64,000 nucleotides of DNA, taken from assembly GCA_951406725.2 (NCBI GenBank), contig OX597837.1, positions 46,562,001 through 46,626,000 of the forward strand. Direction: 5' to 3'. The DNA comes from Octopus vulgaris (Eukaryota). This document shows, piece after piece, positions 1-12,237 of this stretch. A program made the translations under genes and the position numbers. Positions within the stretch are counted from its first letter, which is position 1. Each line of letters opens with the position of its first letter. The notes under the pieces are model-generated. The model saw nothing but the letters and a program-made list of their open reading frames with translations. It did not search any database and was not told where the DNA came from.

Positions 1-42
1 ATATATATGTGTGTGTCCTATTTAGGTATAATACATTATGTG

Positions 43-46
<4 letters not shown>

Positions 47-123
<77 letters not shown>
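47..123. repeat. (TA)n microsatellite
   Basis: Uninterrupted TA dinucleotide run. Confidence 0.95.
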
Positions 124-130
<7 letters not shown>

Positions 131-426
131 TATACACAGACACATACATATAGAATAATCGAAATAAATTTCGTGACCCTTGAACCCCAGGGCGACTATA
201 TAGATTATCTACTCTTCCCCGGCATTGAGCACTTTTTTCTGTGTATTACCTCTCATGCGTGCTCTGTTTTTGTCTGAATAATAATAGCCATTCTATCGGG
301 TACAATTGCTTATTCAGATAAAAGAGATCACTGATTCATCTCTTCCTGCCTTGAACGATTGCACGTAACGAGAAAGTCAGATAAACGTGAGCTTCTGATT
401 AAATAAATACACATAACCCATTCTAT

Positions 427-617
427 GGAGTTAATAAGGGAGTCTATCACGGTCACTCGATCTGTAGAAGTAACAGCTCAGTTCACTCCACACCCAGTCC
501 ACCTTAAAGATGGGAGGAGTATAATGGATATAATGCCTGGAAGAAAATGACAGGATGGTCATGGCAAGATTATCTTTGACCTGCTCGGTAAGAGTTGACC
601 GAGGTGTAAAAGCAACA
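427..617 (+). mobile_element. Degenerate copy of the ~220-bp non-tRNA repeat 'family H' (putative HDV-like ribozyme head, (AAC)n tail)
   Basis: gagttaataagggag...ggtcactcgatctg...gacaggatggtcatggc...aaagcaaca aligns by eye with other copies in this window. Confidence 0.6.
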
Positions 618-1269
618 TAGAAGAATTAGCTGAATTCCAAATATATCGGAGTAAAATCAAGATCGATAAATCAAGTACCAGTAATATAAAGCTTCGATTC
701 AGACTTTATATTTCCCACCTGCAAAAACTGGTTTCAAATCAAACGAAATTGTCACAATCGAGTTGTTTGAAAACGGAAGAAATTCCGCTGATTTTTATTT
801 TCCAAGGAATTTTCACTCACATGATGGAACTTAGCTCCAATAATGGAACAAAAATATTAGCATTTAATGTTAGCTATTTAGAAAAATAAGATAAAATAGT
901 TATTTCTATTAAATTGTCTCAAAAGTTTCAAGAATCGGTACGGTTTGGCCCTCTCTCTGTAGAGAAAGTTTAGCTTGCATTCCTAAGAATGCAACTATTA
1001 TTGTCTTTCTGTTTGTGACCTGGCACAGGTCACACGGAATCTTCGTTTTACCAAATTCTGCAGCCCTTTACCATAGCAGAAGTCTGGCTTTGCATCAATA
1101 TTAGCTCCCTCCTCCTTCCTGCCACCGCGTCTGTTGTCTTTGATACCCGTAAACACCTCCAATAAATCTAGAATGTAGAAAACCAGACGTTGGCCCTCTC
1201 CCTCTCTCCTACCCCCATCTTCTTTTTACAATTTCTAGTCGGTGTTTGGCGTGATTACTCACCACTGAA

Positions 1270-1830
1270 TAGGGGAGAGAGAGAGAGAGAGCAAGTGGGG
1301 AGGTGGTACAGAGAGATAATAGATATAAAGAGGTAGAGAGAACGAGAGAGAGAGAAAGAAAGAAGAGATAGAGGTATGGTGAGTGAGACAGAAAGCGGTG
1401 GATGTGGTTATAGATCGAACAATAAAGAAGGCACATGGGAGAATTGAGGTATAAGGTGTGAGATGGAGAGAAGAAGGAAGAAAGAAACTAAGGTGATAGT
1501 GATGTATTGAATAGACATACAACTGTATCGAATGAATGGAAAAGGAAAGGAAACGAGGAGAACAGATAAAGACACATTGGAGAAGGATAAATAGAGATGC
1601 AAGTCTAGCCAGGGGAGACTTGAAATAGATTTTGAGAAAAGAGAAAACTAGAAGTGTGGAAATATGCAGACGAGAGAGAGAGGTAATAAGGGTCCAGACG
1701 AAAAGGTGAGGTGGTAGGATGGTGAGATTTGAACAGGCAGAGGGAAATTCGCGAAAGAATGAGAGAAGAATGGAAAAATGGAATCAGTGAGAAAGCGAGA
1801 GAGAGAGGAGAAATTTGACTATAGGTGAGA
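1270..1830. repeat. Purine-rich (GA) low-complexity tract
   Basis: Strong G/A strand bias with (GA)n runs. Confidence 0.85.
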
Positions 1831-2429
1831 AAATAGGGGGTTGTAACATGGCATCAAAATTTTTCTGTGGCCATCATTCTTGGCTAATAGGAGTGGGGTG
1901 TTAATGGTTTTTGTTGGATGGAAAATATCTTCATTCTTCCCATTTTTAACATAAGCGCATTCTTTGTCAAGTTTTCTTCAAATTTTGTCTTTATGGAAGG
2001 CTTTAATTATTTTGAAAAATGTACTCAGTTGACAAAATAGCATAAAACTCTTCAGTTTCCTCTCATTCTTTCCTTTTTTTCTTTTTTTGTTAAAACAATT
2101 TCGATGTTTTGCTTTTCTTAAGAGGATTCGGAAATTATTTTTGTTGATTTGGTCAGTCGCGAGATGCATTTCGCTTGTCAGCACATAACGATTGTAACAA
2201 ATATCAAAATAACCGAAAGAGAGAGGGGAAAAAATACAGAAAAGTGCTGATAGATTAATTCAACAACAGAAATAAATGGCAATGCTATCCACCCGTAATA
2301 AGAGAGCAGTCTACCCGAGACTGGTTGAGATTAATGCCGCCAACGTTCCACTTAAACTGTTGCAAGTCAACGATTGGTAGACAGACATTTGCAGAGATGG
2401 AATTTAAAGAGAAACAAAAACTGGTTTAA

Positions 2430-3310
2430 TGGTTAGAGCGAGTCCAACAGATTTTCACAAACATTGGTGACCAGAAAAGAGACGTTCGGGGTTTCAATGT
2501 TGATGTTATTTAATTTAGATATAATAAAAATATTTGATATTGCATCTCAGCTAAAGTTTTAAGAAGCTGAAATTGTTGGGAGAGTTAACTTTTAGCAAAG
2601 GTTAAAACTAGAAAATTTATGCTCATTTAAAAATGTTACCATTATCTTAATTTTCAGTTACATATGGAGTTGTGCAAGGCTGACTCATTGGACCACTTCT
2701 TTTCTTAATCTACATAAAATGACTCGCGTATTAGTGCAAACACTTGTGTGCTGAAATTGCTGTTGTATTCCGTCTCCAAATGCAGGGGTCGATGTCTCAT
2801 CAGGTGACGAAGCAGCTCTGCAGGTTTTTCTGCCCCTTTGGTTTTCTAGTTTAAAATTGTATGCTGACGATGTAAAATTATATTTCGCTCTAAATAGGAA
2901 TTCAGAGGTAATTCTGAATTTTGATCTCTTGCAAATGTTCTTACGGGCTCAAGGGATGCATTTGTGTTGGCTATCCAAAAATATTTTAACGCTAGCTATC
3001 TATTTGACTAACGATTAAATTCCAAGTTCTCAAAACCTTTAGCCTAGAGATTCGTGTAACTAAATTCGATTTGAAGTCTTCATTACTTTTTTTTTTCAAA
3101 TTATGCATTTCATCTGAAATACGTTTAGTCATGCGGAAACTTTCTTTTGAAAATGTTTAACTTTTGTCCATATTCAAATTTATTATGGCTCAAAGATAAG
3201 GTTTTTTTTACTTATGAAAACATATTGGCCACGTTGAACAAGTGGCACTCGCCTTTATATTAAACTGCGTGAACTTTACCCGGATCGTCGGAGCATTTAC
3301 CAATTTGAGT
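2430..3310 (+). mobile_element. Decayed CR1/L2-clade LINE reverse-transcriptase fragment
   Basis: Frameshifted peptides FNVDVI.LD (~2493-2520), GVVQG*LIGPLLFLIYI (~2666-2716) and LKLYADDVKLY (~2851-2883) match the CR1-type RT motifs VDVIYLDF, GVPQGSVLGPLLFLIYIND and YADD. Confidence 0.75.
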
Positions 3311-3389
3311 CACTTACAAAGAGACAGAGAAAATGAAACCAAATTGTGATTTCTAATATTTTAAATAAAAGTTATGATTTTTACATAAC

Positions 3390-3741
3390 AGGCGCAGGCA
3401 TGGCTGTGTGTTAAGAAGCTTGCTTCCCAACCTCATGGTTCCGGGTTCAGTCCCACTGCGTAGCACCTTGGGCAAGTGTCTGCTATAGTCTCGGGCCGAC
3501 CAAAGCCTTGTGAGTGGAGTTGGTTGACGGAAACTGAAAGAAGCCCGTCGTATGTTCTCCCCACCATCGCTTGACAACCGATATTGTTTACGTCTCCGTA
3601 AATTAGCGGTTCGACAAAAGAGCCCGGTAGAATAAGTGCTAGGTTTACAAAGAGTAAGTCCTGGGGTTGATTTGTTCGACCAAAAGCGGTGCTCCAGCAT
3701 GGCCGCAGTCAAATGACTGAAACAAGCAAAAGAATAAAAGA
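3390..3741 (+). mobile_element. Full-length tRNA-derived CORE-type SINE (resembles octopus OR-type SINEs), CpG-rich copy
   Basis: A-box-like tggctgtgtgtt, B-box-like ggttcagtccc, CORE-like caccttgggcaagtg, 3' gcagtcaaatgactgaaacaag plus A-rich tail. Confidence 0.85.
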
Positions 3742-4462
3742 ACTGTTAAATTATCTCATACAAGATAAATAGGTCAAATGTTTCCCCTTAAGGGCTCAAA
3801 TAAGGTAATACTTAGGAATGTCTCAAAGGCTGAATCAAATGTTGGCCATACTTTTCTTTTTGCTGTTATGATATAATTTTAAACTCAAGTTAAAATGCTT
3901 GATCGAGTGTTCCTCTCTTCTGCTTATTTTTACCAGGTTTCGTTATAAATGGGAATATATTTATTCGATATTTGAGATTTCTTATATTTTGTTATTCACA
4001 ATGATAATTTTGAATGTTAAAAAAACAAAAACAAATTAAAATCTTGAAATTACACATCCTACATACTGGGAAAATAATGATTGATTTACTACACGTGGTG
4101 GTCCTTAAATTCCCTGAGTAAAAAAAAAATATCGAGGTCCTACAACCCGCAACAATGTTTTGATTTTGGGGGCAGATAAACAGAATTGCCTTAATTTGAA
4201 CTCATATATTTCTGTTTGAAATCTCGCTTTTCTTGCCTTCCTGTCGTTAGTTTCTCTCTGGTGGGTCGATAAAAACAAGTACCAGTAATATACTATGGTT
4301 GAGTAATATACTGTATCTCAACATTGCATGCTTGATTGCAGCCAAGACCCTTAACGCTCGAGGTCCTAGTCATGTCATCTTGTTGCAAACAGTGGTTCCA
4401 GTAATTTGTTAGGCAGTAAGAATACAGTTATATTTCATGAGCAAGCATTGTTGCATATCGCG

Positions 4463-4852
4463 GTTGGTTATTTAGTCCCAGATCAGACCTGATTGAGCAA
4501 CCAATGATCAAAGCTATCCCAACCGTGACCATCTATTTCTAATAGATATGTCTAGGACTACATTATCCAGTGGGTCTTTTTTACGTTGTTTTTTGATCAA
4601 AATTTGGTTAATATTCTAATTGCAGAGGCTTAGGTGTGTTGCTTAATTCCAGTTCAGCCCTAATTGAGCAGACCCATTCTCTGAGGCGTTCTAGCCATGA
4701 CCACGCAGTCTTTTTTTTACCAACACAGTCTTCCTAAGACTTCTTTATCCAATGTACCATTTCTGTTTTTTAAGAATTTTTAAAATTATAAATTTGGTGG
4801 CAATGGCAGTTCTCAACAGGTTCGAGCGACCACATGGAAACTTGCTGTGGTT
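4463..4852 (-). mobile_element. Two head-to-tail degenerate family H copies
   Basis: Repeated cccagNtcagNcctgattgagca...ccNtgacca...ctaggact...ttatcca blocks at ~4476 and ~4648. Confidence 0.65.
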
Positions 4853-6099
4853 GATACAAATGGAGCGTCGAAATAAAATGCCTTCAGTTTTGTTCAACTA
4901 TGTTGTGAATTCTGTTTAATTTCCGCCAGAATTTATAAAATAATCACTAAATTAATGAACTGGAGCAGTGGTTCCTCAACTATTTTGTCATGAAACCTTT
5001 ATATGATTCTCCAAAATTTGTGGAACCCATAACGATATTTTACACCCAAATCTCTTGCCATTCCTAATGATAATAAATAGAGAAAGTATTTTATGCATTT
5101 TATATTGAAAAGGATGAATGATATTTTTTTTTTTATTAAATAAGTTTTTATGAGATTTTTTGAGAAACACCTTGTTTCGTAAAACCCTACAATTTTTCTC
5201 ACGGAACCATGTTTTTTTTTTATTACCAAAATCCATTTTGAGAAACATTGTTCTGAGGTAATAATTTTTCTATTATAATGCTATTGACGTCTTGGATGCA
5301 TTTATAGATCCACCCTAATAAAAAAATAGCCCACCAGTTCCTAAAAGAATTAAATAATAATAATAATAATAATGTATTATTCAGTTGGGTTGGACAAAAG
5401 ATGGCACCAAAGATTGTGGATTGATAGGCGGGACGATATGTTAACAATATCTCATTCAAAAACTTTGTTATGGTGTTGACCTTTCATATTTGAAAGATCA
5501 AATCGACAGCAGTTATTTTCGCGTCAGAAACTGAATAGAACCTATTTCTTTCTTTATTTATTTATAGATTTCGTTTCATATTTTGACGTGAAAGATTTGA
5601 TTTGATTTGAAAAAGGAAAAAAAGAAAATCTATTGAAACTTATGCGAGATCAAGCCTGACTTTATACAATCGCTTTCCATCATCGATATCTCGATTTGTA
5701 CAAACCCACCCACCCATATTCCCCATCTCCTTGATACTTGGAATTATTTAGTTCTCTTTCTCTTTCTTCTTTTTCTCCATCTGTTGATGTAACCAGTCAA
5801 CTGTGACCCCCCCCCACTGTTCCGCTTGGTCGGTTACTTTTTATTTTTATTTTTGTGTAATATATACATACATATACAAGCACACGTTTACACACACACA
5901 TACACGTGTTGATATTGATTTTCTGGGGGTGAAAAGGGTGGCTGGTATGTCTGATTTAATACATCTATTCTCCAAGACTGTCTAGTCGCCTCCAGCTCAT
6001 TTCCCCCACTCGCAGTGAATCCTGTGGTCTACCTTTCTTAAAAAGTAGTGTTATTTGAAGTACCCTATTTAAGGCACAGTGTATTGTACTTGATTTTAA

Positions 6100-6221
6100 C
6101 TAAAACACCTGGGTGCGAGTTATACACGGGGCAAAGTTGTTAGCAAATTGGAATATGAAAATTTTATACCGAGATTTAACCCTAAATTAGGGGTGTGACT
6201 TATACACGGGCAAATATGGTA
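6100..6221. mobile_element. End of Tc1/mariner-pogo-like MITE
   Basis: Duplicated gggtgcgagttatacacggg / gggtgtgacttatacacggg subterminal motif ending caaatatggTA. Confidence 0.45.
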
Positions 6222-7599
6222 AATTTGGCTGTTATTTCTAGCAGATTGTGCGAGCACACACAGACTCAAACGCTGCATGGTGTTTTCTTAAAAGGCATGA
6301 GTGCAAGTGAAGCGCTTCCCTGCTAATAATTGAAACCGGATCATGATTAAAGCATAACAAAACCTTTCATACACACAGGTGTGACATTAAATTTTATTTT
6401 AGTTGTCTAACCACCGCACGCACTTACGCATCTACATAGAGAAACCGAGGTGCGTGAGGACTATAACAGATATATATATATATATATATATATGCGTACC
6501 CATGATTTATATGTAGACTCACACACCTCTACTATGACTGCATGCTCGCACTGAGGCCTTCCTTAGTAAATTAGTTTTTCCTTTAATTAATATTATGATA
6601 AACACTTATCTCTGTAAGTAGTTATGTATTCATTCATAACCGAGTTTCGTCGTGAGCTTCCTGTAAATGTCTGGACGATTGTAAAATACCTGTTTTCTAT
6701 GTCTGTGTTCAAGTATGTTGTCTGTTTGACTCTATGTGTCTACTAATCGCAGTCATTGTCTCTCTCTGTATGTGTTTAATGTCTGTTCTTTATTGTCTTC
6801 GAGAGACAATCCGTCTTTGTCCATCTGCAATACACAAGTATTTGCCTGTTCGAAAGACTGCTGCATGTCTTCCTATCTAATATGTTTATCTTTCACCTTT
6901 TAATTTCAGTTTCCCGAATCTTTCCTCCTTCCACGTCTCTTCTTTTCTGCCCATCTATCTATCTTTCTTTCTCTTCTTGTACTTAAATATTTCTTCTCTT
7001 TCCGTGGGCCTGAATCTGTTTACCTTTGCATGTATTTTCTCTACGTTTTATTTCTGTTTATATTTCATTTAAGTACAGGTAATTATGTGTTAAATCAAAT
7101 TTGTGTCCTTGTCCCGCCTCAAACGTAATTTTCTTTATTTCAATAACAAAGTTATTTCGACATTGCTTAAATCAGCTAATTACTCCTCTTTATAAATAAT
7201 AATTAATTACAAAAGAAATTTGTAGCTGTTAAGATTTTGACAAAGTTCACGAAACTCACACTTTCAAATTATTAAGAATTATTTTTTACTAGCAGAAAAT
7301 AATAATTTTAAAGAGGTATTTTTCTTCTTTTTAAATGTTAATTTAATGAAACAGAGGAACTTGAAAAATTGTATATTTCAAGTTTTTCGTATCGGGTCAG
7401 TGCTCTTAGCATGATCTTGGCTGTGATGGCGAAAGCAAACTTTTCATTTCTCCCGATGAAAGACAATGAAACGACGTTACCAATAATAAAATCGTAGGTA
7501 TTCGATGAAAGCATCTGATACCTTATCGTATATATTATTATTTCTTTTCTGAAGGAACCGGTGGATGTATGCTAACATCATATCGATTACTGTATGGCT

Positions 7600-7820
7600 A
7601 TTATTTAACCCCAGGTCAACCTTCGTTAGGCAACATCTATGAACAAAGACGCTCCAGTTGTGAACATCTCACCTTTCTTTTATAAATAGTGCATCTAGGA
7701 TCACGTTATCCAATGTATTTCCTCTTTTTCAAGACTGGAAAATTGATTTGAGGGAGATTTGGCTGCTATTTCTAGCAGTTTGAGTGACTACTAAGAGACG
7801 CACACGAGCACTTGCTCATA
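7600..7820 (-). mobile_element. Family H copy
   Basis: Minus strand gtcactcaaactgctagaaatagcagccaaatctccctc at 7750-7788; 3' end acctggggttaaataat. Confidence 0.75.
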
Positions 7821-8759
7821 ACGATTTCTTTTCGTAGTTTTAATGTTATAAGGAGTCGGTTGGGGGAAAATGGTTTATTATTTTAATTTAAAGAAGCTTC
7901 AGAAAATTTAAGAGAAACTATTTTTTACAGGTTCTAAATATTGACAGCAGATTTAGAAATAACTTCCTTTTTGCGCCTACTTTTCGGTGTTTAAAACAAA
8001 CTTCGAAACATGCTTCCTCGTCTCTTCAAATATTTGAAAATATGTCGAATATTTTCGTCTGTTTGTAGATAGTTAATCGTTAGAAATCTTTATTAAGCTA
8101 TGTGTGTGTGTATAATGTTAATACGATAGACATATCTGATGGCATATTCTGTTAAATTCATGTTGTGAAGAATAATGCTTTCTCGTTCTTATACAAAAGT
8201 AGTGAAACTTGGCTGCTTGAATAAGTTTGTGTATCTTTGGGGTTAAAAAGGAAGCAATCTTGTTTCGGGGTTGTCCCTTCGTCTGTGAAAGAGAAAATTT
8301 AATTTCATTATAAATTATTCAGTATAAATTAATATTTTTTTCAATTGACTGAGAATATTGATAAACAGCTATACAAACACACGACGCATACTCATAATAT
8401 ATATATAATTTAAAATGAGGGTTAGAAATTAGATATTAATTTAATTAACTTTTTCTTTTGTCTTGCTCTATTACGTTTTGGTTGTTTTGCTAAATTTTTC
8501 TTGAGAACATTTCTTAGTGGTAAGACCATAGCGGATCTATTTCTAGCATAAGGGTGTCCACATAGTAGTTTCCCTCTAATATGTATGTATGTATGTGTAT
8601 ATATATATATATAAGATACAATGTACACATTTCAGTTGCTGTCACACTCACACAATGTTTGAGAAATGAGTCATAATTAAGATTTTATCAAATACGGAAA
8701 CAGTCACTTTCGAACCAACACCTCTGCAGACACCTACCCTTATTTATTTATTTTAATTC

Positions 8760-8990
8760 CGAAACCTAGATGTAGTCATTTGACTTACAAGAAAGCCTTT
8801 ATACAGTCGCAAAACTTGCTGCAATAGTAGCCAAATATCCCCCAAAACTATACCCTACCATTTTAAAAGAAAGACATAATAAATAGTATAGTCCCAGATA
8901 CACTGTGCCTCACAAATGATGGGATGGTCATGGATGGAATTCCTTTGGTTAAGCAGAGGTGTTCTGGGGGTTAAAGCAAGAGCAATTACA
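8760..8990 (+). mobile_element. Family H copy (degenerate)
   Basis: agtagccaaatatccccc...ccctacc...tagtcccagatacact...gggatggtcatgg...ctgggggttaaagcaa. Confidence 0.6.
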
Positions 8991-9312
8991 GCAACTTTGA
9001 ACTCCAGACGTAATTATTTTATTTTACTTAAGTCGCTATCGGCTCTTGATCGGAGAGGGATGAATGTCACAACACACAACATCGTTTTGCTTCTCTCCAT
9101 TAGAGCTGGTTCTGATATGAAGGAGGGGGGAAAAAAGAAAGAAATTATTGACATTGCGTTACCATGGAGAAACACCTGAACGTCGCAACTTCACATTCTT
9201 CATGAGATTTCGTACCTGCCTTATATAAAGTAGTTTCTACTTTTGTCCTCCTTGCTCGGTCATCAAACCGAAGGTGTTTTTGCTGCTTTGCATTTCTCTG
9301 GCAGATAGGCCA

Positions 9313-10036
9313 GTTGTTGTCCCCTCGGTTTCATCAAGAAGACCTATACTAAAGACATTCCACACATGACTATTCCGTATTTTTAGATATGACATTATCC
9401 AAAACGTTCACCCTTTTTTAGAGAGTACGATTATAAGATTTGGCTACTATTTCTAGCAATTATGCGCCCATATAGATGCTCCCTCGTTGGCTCTGGCCCT
9501 GGCTTTTGTTGTTATCCTCTGATCAAACCTGATTGAGCTGTCCGATGATCAAAGATATTTCTGCAGTGATCATTTGGAATTATATTTTTAATTTATGGAA
9601 ATGTATCTCGGACTGCACCGTACAATGTATCCTTCCTACTCTGACCCCTTTTCTTAAAGACAATAGAGAATGACTTGAGGGCAGTTTGGCTGCCATTTCG
9701 AGCATATCGTTCAACCATATAGATTCTCCCTGTGGTCGATAAATTAAATAACCGATCGAGCACTGATGTTGATTTGATGGCCTATCAACAACCTGCACTT
9801 CGCCACACAATATTAGCGAAGTGCAAGTTGTTGTTGAGTGTCAGGTCAGACCCGAACGAACTGATTTTGGATCATAGGTTTTTTCTCGTGATGACGATCC
9901 TGTTCTCCTCCCCCATTTCATCTGGTACCTCTAAGAGCACCTGTTGAATGTGTTCTGTCATCCTGCTGTTTAAGCAAGATTTGGCTACTTATTCTAGCAT
10001 ATCGAGTGAACGCTTAAATGCTCTCCTTGTTGGCTC
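9313..10036 (-). mobile_element. Three near head-to-tail family H copies (~9313-9493, ~9505-9740, ~9825-10036)
   Basis: On + each has a gttgttg tail, then atcaaag/acattcc...gacNatcc, then atttggctNctatttctagca; the first and third end in gttggctc. Confidence 0.75.
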
Positions 10037-10161
10037 TCTGTTGTGGTGGTAGATTGGTGTGAACATTTGAAGTTTTATCAATTTTCTCAAAACAACTCGT
10101 GTGAATTATAAATTTAGTGACATTTTGACTCTCTCTCTCTCCCTGTCTCTTTCCTCCTCTT

Positions 10162-10199
<38 letters not shown>

Positions 10200-10384
10200 C
10201 TATCTCACGAGGTTGTAACAAATGTCATTGGTGATGATACGAGCAGAGAAAGGGTAAGGACAGTTATTTCATCGACACAACCATTTGTAGATATTTTAAA
10301 AGTTATCTCTGTACTTACTATGTGCCCGGTGTAGGAGCGATGGTTGCAGACCACCTACCCAGAGTACTGTAAAAAGTATATACG

Positions 10385-10415
<31 letters not shown>

Positions 10416-10669
10416 CCCCTTTCTACTCCACATCGTCTTCGTACTAACAAAAGTTAAGATAATAGGTTTTGTGAAGGCTTATTTTCACAGCTGCAGCTGT
10501 AACATAAATGAAGAAGGCACTTGCCCGTATTTTTTATTTGATATGAAAGGGTGAAGTGGCTTCTTAAGTAGGAGGAAAAGGATCAATTGAAAAGTTTTAG
10601 AGTGTTTACACACACACACACGCATGCCCTTGAGAAAGGCTTGCCCATCATACAGTTTCCCCCTTTATT

Positions 10670-10857
10670 AGCTGTATTTCGTCTTGTCGTTACGTTCTGA
10701 GTTCAAATTACGCCGAGGTCGACTTTGCCTTTCATCCTTTCAGGGTCGATAAATAAAGTACCAGTTTCGCACTGGGGTCGATGTAATCGACTTAATCCCT
10801 TTGTCTGTCCTCGTCTGTCACCTCTGTGTTTAGCCCCTTGTGGGTAGTAAAGAAATA
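10670..10857 (+). mobile_element. Meta-domain-type SINE (5'-truncated)
   Basis: gaggtcgactttgcctttcatcctttcagggtcgataaataaagtaccag central domain; 3' agccccttgtgggtagtaaagaaata. Confidence 0.85.
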
Positions 10858-11578
10858 TATTATAAATTTAAAGATATTGTGATTAAGTGAAAGCCGTATT
10901 TACTAATAATTATTTAATACACGGAGGACCGTGGGGAGGAAATAAAGACCCGTCAGATGGAAATACCTTAATATATTTAGTTTCGGTATTCCACGTTCTT
11001 GGATAAAATTCCCTTTGACTCTTTAAAATATGCAACTAGTTATATACTGGGGTTAAAATCTATGTTACACGAGGAAACTGGTGAATGTGGGTATCGATAA
11101 TAATGGCTTTGCTATCCAAGAATTAGAAGAGATTGTTAGGTTTTGGGGACAAAATCACACATTTCAGATGATGGTTCTTTTTTAATGAGTAGAAAAAGCA
11201 GTCGTTAACACTGTGGAGCATTCTGACATTTCTGAATAAGGTCTTTGACGGATTGGTCGAGTAATATTGCCCTCTCCCTTGCTAAAAGAATTTTTGGTTT
11301 GTGCTAGGGTGGAAGCGGACATTTTAATCACGATTCAACACATGTAATCTATCTTGTAAAGTGGTTGGCGATAGGAAGGGTACGCAGCCATAACAAAAAC
11401 AAACAAAAACGATGATTGTCGCTTTTTTCTGTTGTGTATATCGGATGGCAAAAGAGTGACAAGTGACGAGATACTTCACTAGAACAGCCCACAGATCAAC
11501 ATAGAAGAACGAATATAAAACATTGTTGATGCCAATATTGGAGAAATTATTCTTGACAAGTGTTAGCCTAAAATACCT

Positions 11579-11810
11579 ATTTCTTTACTACCCACAAGGG
11601 GCTAAACACAGAGAGGACGTACAAGGACAGACAAACGGATTAAGTCGATTATATCGACCCCAGTGTGTAACTGGTACTTATTTAATCAACACCGAAAGGA
11701 TGAAAAGCAAAGTTGACCTCAGCAGAATTTGAACTCAGAACGTAACGGCAGAAGAAATACCGCTATGCATTTTGCCCGGCGTGCTAACGTTTCTGCCAGC
11801 TCGCCGCCCT
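11579..11810 (-). mobile_element. Full-length Meta-domain-type SINE with 11-bp TSD
   Basis: Minus-strand head ggcgagctggcagaaacgttagc; ctaaaatacct at 11568-11578 and 11811-11821. Confidence 0.88.
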
Positions 11811-12237
11811 CTAAAATACCTTTAGAGAATTTTAGCCAAAAATACCTTTAAAAGATATTTACAGTTCATAGAGATTTTTAAAATCAAATTCTATCACAGT
11901 TGCCTATTATATTTTTCGTTCCTTCAGTGTTGATGAAATAACTACAAGTAACATACTGTAGCTACCCAATATGTTGTGCAGTGGAATAGAACCTGGAACC
12001 ATAGTGTTGTGAAGCAAACTCCTTGCCCGCACAGCCATACCGGTACCTATATCTAATGGAAAACATCTGTTTGGCTCTTTAACTGGCTCACAGACAGAAC
12101 AGGTCTCTGTAAACCATTCAAACTCGATAAAATTGGTTTTATTGACTGGCCTGATAGATATTTATCTAATTGGCAAAATTATTTCAAAGCCAATGGTTGT
12201 TATCGATTTGCAATACACACACACACACACACACACA

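Noticed and set aside
38-277. ORFs with YI, CV, HT or LS dipeptide runs here and throughout the window
   Set aside because: Translations of (TA)n, (TG)n, (CA)n and (CT)n microsatellites; no coding evidence
2785-2812. Minus-strand ctgatgag as a hammerhead core
   Set aside because: No stem II followed by GAAA
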